DNA of 64,000 bases, taken from assembly GCF_006345805.1 (NCBI RefSeq), contig NC_042998.1, positions 133,486,001 to 133,550,000 on the forward strand, in the 5' to 3' direction. A model generated the notes under the pieces. It was not told the origin of the DNA. It worked only from the letters and a program-made list of their open reading frames with translations, and ran no database searches. Position numbers and translations under genes: made by a program. This document shows, in pieces, positions 51,924 to 64,000 of the stretch (position 1 is the stretch's first letter; the number at the start of each line of letters is the position of its first letter). This DNA comes from Octopus sinensis. Taxonomy: Eukaryota.

Positions 51924-53065
51924 GTAAGAGTGCACCCACATGAAGAACCCTTAAATACGATTTGCAGAAGCATCAACTGAAATATACACCATCAGCAATT
52001 CTGCAATGAATTATGATGTTTAAAAAGAGATGATCCTCGAATGTAAGTTTCTTTATGACTTTAAAAGGATACGTTTAACAATATGTTTACAAATAACACG
52101 AAGGTGTTGATTAGAAAGCTTTTTCATAAACAATATTTTCGAATGACTCTATATTTGAGTTTATTTCCACATGCGTGTTATGAAAAATGTATATTTATGT
52201 ATGACCTATACTATTTCATGTGATTCTTCTTCTGATTATCATCTTTGTCCGTTGCTAAACGTAGGGTACACGTCATAGTTAAAGCTAGTCAATATTTTAA
52301 AACCAGTTTTTAATAAAATCGTAAATATAAAGGTGATGAAATGGAATAAATTGTAGGACGATGGGCAGTGTGCCTTGCAGTGTTTAATTAGGTTTATTTA
52401 TGTCCTGAATTCCAAGATCCGCTGGGCATGATTTTGCATTTCATCTTTCTGGAGCGAATAAACAGATTATTACAACGGGATAGGCTCAATCGAATTTACC
52501 AAGCCATCACAAAAATTCGATAGATTGAACCAATATAAAATCAGACAATGTAATTCTAAGTATAGAGAAGAATAAATGTTGCATTTGGTTTTTTATCCAA
52601 AACATGTATAAAACTTCCACAGTGATATAGAAAAGTCTTGTATGAACAAAAACCTGAAATATCATTGAAGAATCCAGCAAAAATCAATTTTGTTCTAACT
52701 AGAAGAAAAATGCCATTTGAAACGAATAAGAGATCTTCATAATCGACAAATGAACGTAATTAGTAGTGAAAATTGATTAGTATTTACCAAATTACTAATT
52801 AAACAAAAAATAACAGTAGTAAAATTGGATAAGGTTAAACTTGAAATACTAGGTTACTATACTCCCATTATAAATAGCGTTCAATTTGCTTGTTAAGGAA
52901 ATGTGTACAAGCGCTAGTGTGTAGGTCTACAGAAATCATGCAACGAAAATTTTAGAAAGAATAGATAAGTAAATAAGTGGAAATAGAACCGGTGAGTGTG
53001 TCAAATTAATAAGGCATTAAAACTGAATGGCTCTCCCCAGACACAATAATGTGTGTGTGTGTGTG

Positions 53066-53121
<56 letters not shown>

Positions 53122-53127
53122 GATAGA

Positions 53128-53210
<83 letters not shown>

Positions 53211-53350
53211 TACGCATATCATTTAATGGAAACCTTATATAAATAAGAACTACTAACAGTCTCTTACCTTTAAAATGCGTGGTTAGATACATTTTTATCA
53301 TTTAATGTACATTGTGCATACATATATACATATATGTAATTATATATTCA

Positions 53351-53748
53351 ACTAGCAATATCGCCCGGCGTTGCTCGGGTTTGTAAGGGAAATAACTATA
53401 TAAGCATTTTTAGAGAGTTATAGCCAAAAAATAGGGAAAAAATGCATTAAAAATGGAAAAAAAATTAAGGTAAATTTCTTTTTAAATCGTTGATACATCG
53501 TAGATATTTTTAGAGAGTTACTTCCTTTATATAATAGCGAAAAAATGCATTAAAATGGAAAAATATGATGGTAAATTTTTTTAAATCGTAGACTCATCGT
53601 AGACGCGCGCTAATACCCAGAAGGGCTCGATATGACTCACGACTATAAGATACCCGGTTTTGGTTACACTGCACCGCAAAATGTGGGAGTAGTTAGGAAT
53701 CTAAATCGTAGGAGATAGACACACAACTTCACTCTTATATATAAAGAT
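53351..53748 (+). mobile_element. Helitron/Helentron-like non-autonomous element
   Basis: 5' actagcaatatcgcccggcgttgctcggg, an internal ~110-bp tandem duplication, and 3' agacacacaacttcactcttatatataaagat. Confidence 0.7.
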
Positions 53749-53859
53749 ATAAGTCACGTAGTTATATACACATACTTTGTTATATACACATTCTTAAAAG
53801 AAAATGTTATTTTGAATACAACATTTATAAAGAATAAAATATTTTTTGGTTTTTCTTAA

Positions 53860-54480
53860 CCCTTTCGTTACTATATTTCTGACCAAAATACACCCCTTAT
53901 GTGTTTCAATTAATTTCTAACGTAATCATAAATTTAGTCTGGTTTCATTAAACAACAATAAATTTTTTATTTATCAATATATTAACGTGAATTTTGGAAG
54001 ATAATTTAATGAAATGTCCTCAACCAATTCTATACTATAATTTTTGTCACAAAGTGACTCTAATTGCAGGTAGATACAGGTAAATTCAACAATATATAAA
54101 ATTATTAAAATTTTGTTCAAACATCGCTATAGAAAATGGGTTATTAGCTAATATTCAATTGGGTATACAACAAAATTTTACGATAGAATTTGTTATTCTG
54201 GGTAACTTTCTGATACCCATAATAATATTTATGGCAAAATAGGCCTTAATTTCATTTAAGGTTGTGGGAAATAACAAACTATCCTTTCTTTCGTTTTGTT
54301 TACGTTTAGCGTAACGTTTCGTTTCTGCCGTAATGATTTCAAATGGGCTCATTCGAAAAAGTAGATAGAAATAGTCTAAGGCTTTACTCTTCTGGGAAAG
54401 TCTGTGGCTTGGTGCAGTTTCTTCAGAAAAATCACCGAAAGAAACAGTTTTTAAATTTTCACTCCATTCAGGTACCAATT
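53860..54480 (-). mobile_element. piggyBac-like transposon fragment (internally deleted)
   Basis: TTAA (53856-59) followed by a CCCTTTCGTTAC terminus. ORF 54155-54478 has LDYFYLLF...IITAETKRYA...TTLNEIKAYFAINIIMGIRKLP, typical of the piggyBac transposase N-terminal part. The second TIR was not found. Confidence 0.75.
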
Positions 54481-55333
54481 CGTTTTCTTTATCGCTGTCG
54501 GATTCACTGTTTTCACTTTAATAGCTGCAAACTTGCAAAGACAAAGGAGGAGAAGGGTGATAGCGTCAGTGAAACAATTCGCTCCCTTTGTGTGTGTGCG
54601 CGTTTGCGTGTGGTGTAAACCACATTAAGAAAAACATTTGACATACACACCAGAATGTGAGTTTTCTGTAAATTTTGCTTAATTGGAGTTTAAATTTTAA
54701 AAACTGGACCTGGCATGACCCGATGCATTCTACTCTTAAAAATGCTAGGTAAATTGTAATTGAAGAAATCCTATATTGTAGATTTCTATAAGTTACAAAG
54801 GGAGGCAGATAAAATCTGCCTTTTATAATAAGAGATATAGATATTATTTATACATATATAATGTGTTTATATATGTGTAATAGTGTATGGGGGTTATAAA
54901 TGTGTATGTATGTGTGTGTGGGGGGGGGGAGAACAGGAGATTGGAAAAATCCACTAAACGTGTTTCATTTGCTTGTAGGAGTTACAAAATTGTACTCGTG
55001 GCAAAAACATATAAGATATCTCCCATTAGAATTTTTTCTAATAAGGGAATAAGATAAGATATTATTTGACTCTCTGTCTGAAGAATTTCTAATATAAGAT
55101 ATCTTACAGGTTTTTGGTACGAGTACAATTTTATAACTCATATTAGCAAATGAAACACATGTAATGGTGAATAAATAAGGCGAAAAACGATACAGAGTGG
55201 ACATAAGAATATAAATAAATGTAATTTTAAGACGATTGACAAAAACGGGAGAAATACAGCCTTTAGGCCAAAAAGACAAGAATGTTGGGTAACGAAGGTG
55301 AAGCGAAGGTTGGGGTACAAACACAGACACACA

Positions 55334-55370
<37 letters not shown>

Positions 55371-55376
<6 letters not shown>

Positions 55377-55739
55377 TAATAAATAAAATATATGCATACA
55401 TACAAACATATATGTACGTACCGACATCTACATATATATACATGCATATAAATATATATACGTGTGTACAGGACACCACAAATAGACGTAGAACTCAACG
55501 AGAAACGAAAACGTAAAAATAATACAATTAAAAACAAATACAAAATAAGGAAGAAACATGTTTACTTGAACAAGGCTTCCATGCTGTCTTCACGTTTTCG
55601 TTTCTCGTTGAGTTCTACGTCTATTTGTGGTGTCCTGTACACACGTATATATACTTATATATGCATGTATATATACATGTAGATGTGGGTACGTACATAT
55701 ATGTTTGTATGTATGCATATATTTTATTTATTACACTAT
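55371..55739. repeat. Near-perfect inverted repeat (~145-bp arms, 77-bp spacer)
   Basis: 55371-55514 is the reverse complement of 55592-55739. A diverged single arm lies at about 30986-31112. Confidence 0.85.
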
Positions 55740-55812
55740 TGTATGACTGAGCGCCTTCGCGTCGATTCGATTCGATTCATTTGGTTTCGTTTCGTTTCTT
55801 CTTCTCTAAGCT

Positions 55813-55848
<36 letters not shown>

Positions 55849-55873
55849 TGTTTGGAGATGGTGTACATGTATT

Positions 55874-56346
55874 ATATATTAGAAGAAATAAGGTACTCAG
55901 AAATCTGGATGGTTTTATATTTACAGATTTTTATTAATGTCACATATTTTTGCAAATCCTATATACAGCGCTTGCATCCACTCTAGTGGATTCTTCAGAT
56001 TGAATTTTTTCAGGAGATTTACCTCTTTTTGTAGTATTATCCAGTGTGTAGGGGTGTAGAGAGATATAGGATAGTTAAAGAGGGTGAGGATTGGGGAGAA
56101 AGTGAGAGAGAGAGAGTGTGCGTGTATGTGTGTGTGCCTTTGTATCTGAAAGAAGTGTCACTGGAAAAGAGAAGGAAAGGAAGAAGGAAGAGAGAAAGAA
56201 GAAAAAATGTGTTTACTTCTATACAGCTGAAGAATCCACTAGAGTGGATGCAAGCGTTTATATATGATTTATAAAAACATGTGACATATTAATAAAAATC
56301 TGTAAATATAAAACCATCCAGATTTCTGAGTACCTTATTTCCCCTA

Positions 56347-56352
<6 letters not shown>
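55874..56352. repeat. Inverted repeat (~125-bp arms) whose inner ends carry a hammerhead-like motif
   Basis: 55874-55998 is the reverse complement of 56227-56352. Motif CTGAAGA-atccac taga gtggat-GCAA-GCG. Confidence 0.75.
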
Positions 56353-56403
<51 letters not shown>

Positions 56404-56407
56404 TGTG

Positions 56408-56569
56408 TCGGAATTCTTTCAGTTCCTGTCTACCAAGTCCACTCAGAAGGCATTGGTCGGTCAGAGGCTATAGTAGAAGAGACTCAAACCAAGGTTCCAT
56501 GCAGTGGGACTGAACTCGGAACCATATGGCTGGTAATTAAGCTACTTACCATACAGCTACTCCTGCGCC
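56408..56569 (-). mobile_element. Family-A SINE, 5' half
   Basis: Similar to 19445-19607. Confidence 0.75.
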
Positions 56570-57316
56570 TATATATATATAATTATTAGGTACGGAAGCA
56601 ATATTAATCCCTGTAGACAACTATTGTATCCAACTTAACGTGTATGTCTCGTTAGAATACCGAATACTGCAATATTCGCCTTAAGAGGTCTTTTCATATG
56701 GATGCATGGTGTATAAAGGCAGACGATAATTCTGTGGCATGAATGATGAAACTACCAGGTTGTTGTTCTAGTCTATTGCAGTTCGTTAGTGACAGGTTCC
56801 AGCGACCGCGTGCCAGCCAAATCTCGCTGCCAACGATATTTAGAATAACAAAATCTTTTCAGTCACTGATGACGCAAATAGCCAGCAGGGTTATTACCTG
56901 CGCCTTCTCTAATGCGGAGGTATTGTTTCAGTCGTGTTTGTTTGTCCATGGACAAATTATCTCAAGAACCGCCGGATGGATTCGGATGAAACATTCAGGG
57001 ATGTTTGGGGTTGTGCCTGGAACGAACTGATTAGATTTGGGGATCGATCCTGTACGGGACAAGGATTCTGGATTATTTTTCTTTTTTTTTTACTTAATTT
57101 TTGAGAGCGGTCGGGTTCATTTTTAGTATTCTCTTTTGTGAGAGCAGCCGAGTTTATTTCAGATGTTCTCATTTAAAAAAATTATCGTTTGTGACGGAAG
57201 CAGTATTGACATCAAAGGTAAATCTTTGTATTTTTATATCCAACTGAATAAAACGTCCACGTTAAGCTGGACATAAACTTTGGTTCTATATGTGCGTGTG
57301 TATGTATGTATGTATG

Positions 57317-57367
<51 letters not shown>

Positions 57368-57371
57368 ATAT

Positions 57372-57533
57372 AGGTACAGGAATGACTGTGTGCTAAAAAG
57401 CTTGCTTCCCAACCACATGGTTTCGGATTCAGCCCCACTGCGCTGCACCTTGGGCAAGTGTCTTCTACTATAGCCTCGGGCCAACCAAGTCTTGTGAGAG
57501 TACTTGGTAAGACAGAAATGAAAGAAACCCGTC
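57372..57533 (+). mobile_element. Family-A SINE, 5' half
   Basis: ggtacaggaatgactgtgtgctaaaaagcttgcttcccaaccacatggtttcggattcagcccc. Confidence 0.75.
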
Positions 57534-57545
57534 ACACACACACAT

Positions 57546-57635
<90 letters not shown>

Positions 57636-57639
57636 ATTT

Positions 57640-57935
57640 TAATCCAAACGGGAAACAAAAAAAACAACAACAATGGAACAATTACAGTATTATTATTAAT
57701 AGGCGCTCAGGAAAAGGAAGCAGGGAGGTAGGTATGACGTTTCGAGCGGAGCTCTTCGTCGGAAACATAAAGAAGGAAGAGTGAGAAAAAGAAAGATCCC
57801 AGAGCGGGCAACAGGGAAAGAGAAAAAAGACGACTGGTGTTTACGAGTTGCACATGGTGAAAGGCGGATGTTTACGAAAACAGAGCAAAGTGGGTTTTTA
57901 AAGGCAAAAGAGTGGAGACAAGGTTGGTAACGCAA
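57640..57935 (-). mobile_element. pLTR-like segment with a mutated hammerhead (57733-57768)
   Basis: Minus strand reads CCGACGA-A-gagc tcc gctc-GAAA-CG-TC, one change (U4C) from the canonical core, and resembles the motif at 5586-5621. Confidence 0.5.
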
Positions 57936-57939
57936 CAGA

Positions 57940-60715
57940 TGTGTGTGTATGTGTGAGTGTATGCGTGTGCGTGTGTGTATGTGTGTGTGTGAGGCGAGAT
58001 GAAAAAAACAAAAAAATATATATGTGTGTGTTAGTGTGTGCGTCGTGTGTAGGCGTGTGAGGTAGGGCGAGAGAGTGGTCAGCTTAGCAGACAAAGGTCA
58101 GTAGTAAGAAAAAGAAGGAAGGAGGAAGGGAGGGAGGGGAAGGGGGTGGGGGCGTATGTAGCGTGCCAGCGTGTGTTGAGTAGTAGTGTGTGTGTGTGTC
58201 CAGTGGTGCTGGTATAAATGGCGAGTAGTAGATGAATGTGTGTAAGAGTAATGTATTATTTAAGCAATGTGTGTATATGTGTGCGCGTGGTGTGTAACGA
58301 AAAAGGGGGGGGGGTAAGGAAAAAGGACTCCAGCTGAGGGGAAGATGGAAAAGTGGTCCCGCGGAGGCGGGCGTGGGAAAACCCAACGACACGCGACGGT
58401 CCCAGGAACGGGCGGGAGGTCTTGTCGGTTCCAAGAGCGAGGTGCCTGCGGAGCGTATGCGTACGCGAACCGGCGCAAGCGCGTGCGTGCGCGAGCCTGC
58501 GAGTATGTGCGTAAGTATGTATGTGTGTGGATGTGTGAGTGTGTCGTGTGTATGTCCGGGTGGCAGTGTGTCGATGAATGTATGTGAGTATGTGTGTATG
58601 TATGTGTTGCATAGATGTATGTCCGTGTGTGTGTGTGTGTGTGTGTATGTGTGTGAGTGTGTATGTATGTACGTGTGGGTGTGGGGAAGTGTGTGTATGT
58701 GCATGTGTGTGCGCGTACATACAGGTGTGTGAGTGAGTGTGTGTGTGTGTATGTATGTGTGAGTGTGTATGTATGTGTGTCTAGGATGCATGTATGTGTA
58801 TGGGTGTATGTATGCGTGTGTGTATGTATGTATGTGTACGTGCGTGTGTGTGTGTGTATGCGTGTAGGTGTGCGCGTGTGCATGCATGCATGCATGCATG
58901 TGCGTATGTGTGTGTGTGTGTGCATGTGTGTGGGTATATATGTATGTGCGTATATGTGTGTGTGTGTGCGTACATGTGTGTGTGTGTTATGCATGTGTGT
59001 GTATGTAGGTGTGTAGGCGTGTGTGTATAGGTGTATGTATGTAAGTATGTATGGGTGTGTCCGTGTTGTGTGTGTATGTATGTGTGTGTATGTAGGTGTG
59101 TGGGCGTGTGTATATGTGTGTGTATGTAGGTGTGTGCGTGTGTATATAGTGTATGTGTGTATGTTGGTGTTGTGTGTCTGGGTGTGTGTCCGTGCATGTT
59201 TGTGTGTGTGTGTGTATGCATGTGTGTATGTGGGTGTGTGTGTACGTGTGTAATGTATGTGTGTATGCGTGTGTATGCGTGCGTGTGTGTATGTAGGTGC
59301 GTGTGTATGTGTGTGGGAGTGTAGGCGTTGTGTGCGGTGCGTGTGTGTTTATGTTGGTGTTGCGTATGTGAGTGTGAGTGTATGGGTGTTTGTCATGCAT
59401 GTGTGTGCGCGTGCAGGTGAGTGTGTGTGTAAGTATGTGTGTGTGTATGTTTGTGTGAGTGTGTATGTGTGTATGTCTGTGTGTATGTATGTGCGTATAG
59501 GAGTATGTGGGTATGTGTGTGTGTATGTATATGGGTGTATGTATATGTGTGTGTGTGGTGCATGTGTATAAGTATATGTGTGTGTGCGTATGTGTGTATA
59601 TGTTATGTGTGTGTGTTTATGTATGTGTGTTTATGTGTGTAGGCGTGTGTGTGTAGATGTATGTATGTATGGGTGTGTGTCCGTGTGTGTTTGTTGTGTG
59701 TGTAGGTAGATGTGTGTGTCTGAGTGAGGGTATGGCTGTGTAGGTGTGTGTGTGTATGAATGTAAGTGTTGTGTGTATACAAGTGTAATGTATGTATGTA
59801 GGTGTGTGTGTGTGTGTGTATGTGTACGTGTGCGTGTGTATGTGTGTGTGTGTATGCGTGTGAGTGTGAGTGTATGGGTGTATGTCTGTGTGTGTGTATG
59901 TCTGAAGTAGGTATGTATGTGTATGTATGTATGTTGTGGTGTGTGGCAGTATGTGTGTGTATGTGTGTGTGTGAGTAGGTGTGCGTGTATGTATGTGGGT
60001 AGGGATGCATGCGAGTGTGTGGGTATGTATGCATACATACGCACGCGCACATCCGAAGCAAGCCCACACACACGAAGCGCGCCCACGCACACAACGCACA
60101 AGCGTACACAACGCAAGCCCAGGGGCCGACCAAGCCCCCGCGCGCGCCAAGGCGCGCGAGCGCAAAGGCCCTCGAACGCCCCGCTACGCGGGAACCGAGG
60201 ATCCATCAGCCAAAACCGGAAAGCAGAAAAGAGGGGGGGCTGCCTGGATGCAAAAAGGTGCATTGTGTGTGCATTCAGTGTAAGGGTGTGCATGTGTAGG
60301 TATGTATGTATGTATGTGCCTGCATGTATGTTTGCATGTGTATGTGTGAAGTATGTACGTGAGGTGTTGTTGTGTGAGTGTGTGTGTATGTATTTGCGTA
60401 TGTATGTGTGTGTGTATGTGTGTATGTATGTCTGTGTGTGTGTGTTGTGTGTAAGTATGTATGTGTGTGCGTATGTATGTATGTGTGTGTGTATGTGCAT
60501 GTTGGTTTGTATGTTAGTGTGTGTTAGTATGTCTGTAAGTGTGTGTGATTAAATGTGTGAATGTATGTACGTAGATGGGTCTACGTATGTGTGTGTGTGA
60601 ACAGGCGTGTGGGAGGTAGGTGGGTGGGTGGGTGTGGGAGGTAGGGGTGGGTGGTGTGTGCGTGGGGAGGTAGGTGGGGTGGTTGGGTGTGGGTGGTGTG
60701 TCCACAAAAAAAAAA
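57940..60715. repeat. ~2.8-kb degenerate (TG)n/(TGTA)n compound microsatellite
   Basis: Read directly from the sequence. It contains two short GC-rich interruptions (about 58320-58500 and 60040-60270). Confidence 0.9.
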
Positions 60716-60730
60716 AAAAAAAAACGGATC

Positions 60731-61984
60731 TCAAGAGGAGGGGGCTGTGTTAAGTCCGTGTGGGGTGGTAGTTTGTAGGGTGAAGATGTAGCGTTGCTCC
60801 AAGTGGAGCCTGGAAAGTGGGCGACCATGGTGGGGGCGAGACCAAACACTGAGATGTCATCTAGGGAATGGCCGGCCGAGCGGAAGTGGCGTGCGACGGG
60901 AGAAAGAGAGTGTAGGCGAACGTCCCTCAAGTGTTCAGTGAAACGGTCGGACAACCGGCGTCCCGTCTGTCCTACATACAGCATCCCGCATAGGTTGCAT
61001 TTAATGCAGTAAATAAGGCCAGACGAGGTGCACGTAAAAGAGTGCCTAATGCGTACAGTGTGCAGGTTGGAGCCGGTGACAGCGGTGGTGTTGGTGATGA
61101 AGGGGCAAGTGTTGCAACGGGATCTAGAGCAAGGGAATGATCCGTGTGGGGCTGAGGGGGAAGAGAGAGAGGGTGCTGTGGACCAGGAGGTGACGCAGAT
61201 TGCGGGCTCGTTTGAAAGAGGACAGGGGTAGGTTAGGGAAAATGGGGCGGGTGGTGGGATCAAGCTGGAGGCGACGGAAGGCACGTAGTATCTTGCGACG
61301 AAGGGGTAGGGTAGGGGGTGGAAAAGGAGGGGGAAGGGGGTGCGGTTGGGGGGTGGGCGGGGGGAAGGAGACAGGGCGGTAGTGCGGTCGATGCGACGGG
61401 CGCGGGTGAGGGCATCAGAGAGGAGTATGGGTGGGTAACCTCGGAGTCTGAACATGCGGGCCAGGTATTGAGATTGGGTCTCGAAATCCTGGTCGCGGCT
61501 GCACAAACGTCGGAGGCGGAGGAACTGGGAGTAGGGGATGGCTCGTTTGGTGTGGAAGGGGTGGGGGGAAGAGAAGTTGAGATAGAGGTGGGAATCCGTA
61601 GGTTTAAAAAAGGCGGTGGTGGTGAGAGAGCTGGAGGGGTGATCGATGCGGAGAGAGATGTCAAGGAAGTTGACAGAGGTGTTGGAGATGGTGGAGGTGA
61701 ATGAAGAGAGGGGTGAAAGTTGGAAAGGAAAGAGATGAATTGGCAGAGAAGTTCACGGGAAAGGGAGGTGGCACCTACGCAGTCGTCGATATAGCGACCG
61801 TATAGTTCGGGGGTCGGCCCAGAGAACTGGGAGAACACTTGGGCCTCAATGTAGCCAAGAAAGAGATTGGCGAAATTGGGGCCCATCCTAGTTCCCATCG
61901 CGACCCCGGACACCTGTTGGTACGTTTCCCCGGCGAACGTGAAGCAATTGAGGGCGAGGACGAGCTCAGCCAACCGGAGAAGGG
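60731..61984 (-). mobile_element. GC-rich Penelope-like element, 5'-truncated (RT C-half plus thumb plus GIY-YIG), few frameshifts
   Basis: YQQVSGVAMGTRMGPNFANLF, YGRYIDDC, VNFLDI, FKPTDSHLYL, AIPYSQFLRLRRLCS, RARNLRHLLVHS, CSRSRCNTC, LIYCIKC..CGMLYVGQTGRRLSDRFTEH and LQTTTPHGLN, with the stop at 60731-33. Confidence 0.92.
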
Positions 61985-63519
61985 TATATATATATATATA
62001 TATAGCATATTTGCCACTCAAATATGGCTAACCACTAAGGGTGGATGCTACTGTAGCTTGTAGCCCGAGGAGAACATCTTCACTAGCTGGCCATTGAAAC
62101 ACTTTCTGTTCCCTATCAGTATTTGCGAAGGGAAGCCATCCTTCCCATCGTCGACCTAACGTGATACGCACGGACCTGGGTTTCTGGGTATTTACCCGTC
62201 GTCAGCGCACGACAATCACCGGTCTTCGATGCGAAGACCCACATGTAGTTACATTTTGTAATATATATATATATATGTATGTATACATGTACATATGTAT
62301 GTGTATGTATGTTTGTATGTATGTATGTATGTATGTATGTATGTATGAATGCATGTATTATATATCAACATATATACATATACATATATAAAATTCTATC
62401 TAAGTACTCTCATAGTATATATATGTAGAGTGTCTATAATTGTGCATATATGTATGGGTGCATGTGTTTAAAATTGGAGTAATCTTATCTACGCTCGGTA
62501 AACCAGTACGATTTCAGAGAAGACACATTGCTGCATCAGTTATGGTTTTGGAACTCACATTATTGCGATTGAAAGCCCAAACAGGATTAACACAGCCAAA
62601 TCAAACACCGTATAACAATTGATGAATACAATATGACTATGAAACATTTGTAGGTGATATAATTTGCGAAATATAACTTTTACAACATTACAATAATAAT
62701 AATAATAATAACCATTATGATCATTATATTTTTTTTTATAAATTTCCGGAATTTGCAGAATCCTCTTTAGTTGAAATCTGAAAAGATATGAAAAGCTGAA
62801 AGCAACAACACAAAAGGTGATAGTGTATCAAAGTGGAATGGATTAACTGTCAACGTTGAACAGTTACATGCTCGTTATATAAAATGTGGAAGAAATTTCA
62901 CACTGATGTAAAAATGTAAATAAAAAAAAAATTGACGTAAGTTTTATGTGTTTTTTTTCTATGTGTGTTTATTTGTCTGTAGGTATACTTGTGTGTTTTA
63001 TGACATGTTTTAGTGCTTTCATAACGATAATGAACTTTGTGATGTTTTTACGATATTTTTGTGAGGGATATAAATTTTATGATGTAATTTTTATGACTAT
63101 GATGAATGGAACATCCAAATTATATTCAACATTTCAAAACGATATGAAACTAAATTCAATTTATTCTTGCGGTGAAACTAGTCTCCATTCATCATCGGCG
63201 ATTCATTTATCATGTATAGAGAGGAAAAAGCCCAGCACATATTTTATGAGCAGTGGAAAAAAAAAATGCCTTTTGAAACTGCTATGGCTAAGTGCTCCGA
63301 ATAACCCCACTGCAGATATTCAGCTTGTGCTCTTCACAATATAATGGGAAAATTTTACAAACAAACAAATGAAGCAACTGAAACAAACAAATAAAAAAGA
63401 AGTAAATTTTAAAAAAAGGACATGAACGATCTGTTAAGCTACTGTGATTGTGTGGTCTCCTCGCAAATTCATTTTTGACATCTTAATTTAATGATAGTAT
63501 TTCTTTCATTTCTTTACCT

Positions 63520-63578
<59 letters not shown>

Positions 63579-64000
63579 TGTGTGTGTGCGCGCGTGCGTG
63601 CGTGCGTGCGTGCGTGTGTGCATTAATGACAACGATAAAAATAAATGTAGGAAATGCAATCGATTCATTTAATCTGAAAAGCGCAAGCGAAACGAGAATG
63701 GCAGACATTTGAAAGGTAAGAGCTGACTTTGAATTGGAAGAGACGAACTTTTATGTAACATATACTGTACCGTATTCAAGTTCATGTTATTGGGAAATAT
63801 CAATTGCTACTCTCTTTCAATAGCCCCATTTCTCTCGCTAAATTTCTCCCTCTCGGTACGTATAAACATATATAATACATACATACATGCATGTTTACAT
63901 ACATATATACATACATACATACATACATACATACATACATACATACATACATACATACATACAAACATATATATATATATATATATATATATTCATACAT

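Noticed and set aside
56743-57030. 95-aa ORF / possible 57-nt exon (56863-56919) in a unique-looking block
   Set aside because: No recognisable domain and weak splice signals. The block has LTR-like similar ends (acggaagca.tatt at about 56592 and 57194) and may be a repeat.
58320-60270. GC-rich interruptions inside the TG tract that give Arg/Ala/Pro-rich ORFs
   Set aside because: No motif similarity, and they are embedded in degenerate microsatellite; decay or low-quality consensus is more likely.

Overview
AT-rich eukaryotic DNA packed with microsatellites, with no recognisable host protein-coding gene, rRNA, true tRNA or CRISPR array; it reads as intergenic or intronic. The SINE families and repeat landscape suggest an octopus (cephalopod) genome, which is an inference from recognition and not from a database search. 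Transposon fossils: four Penelope-like element (PLE) fragments with recognisable RT and/or GIY-YIG motifs, a Tx1/L1-clade LINE sitting in (TAGA)n (two copies), RTE and CR1-group LINE fragments, a hAT element with intact TIRs and an 8-bp TSD, a DD37D mariner-like fossil, a piggyBac fragment, Helitron-like non-autonomous elements, foldback/MITE elements and about 15 SINE copies. The main unexplained signal is a set of type I hammerhead ribozyme (HHR) motifs in non-coding repeats, usually next to (TA)n. The strongest is a 2.6-kb array (26644-29252) of a ~598-bp unit. Each full unit carries a complete HHR core (CUGAAGA...GAAA...GUC) with an unusually long stem II and a palindromic stem III, and the monomer is extensively self-complementary. 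A second, 363-bp tandem repeat (46268-46991) carries a minimal HHR with a U3-A8 core variant. These look like retrozyme/pLTR-type self-cleaving RNA elements that could be mobilised by PLEs. Almost all ORF-track entries are microsatellite artefacts.
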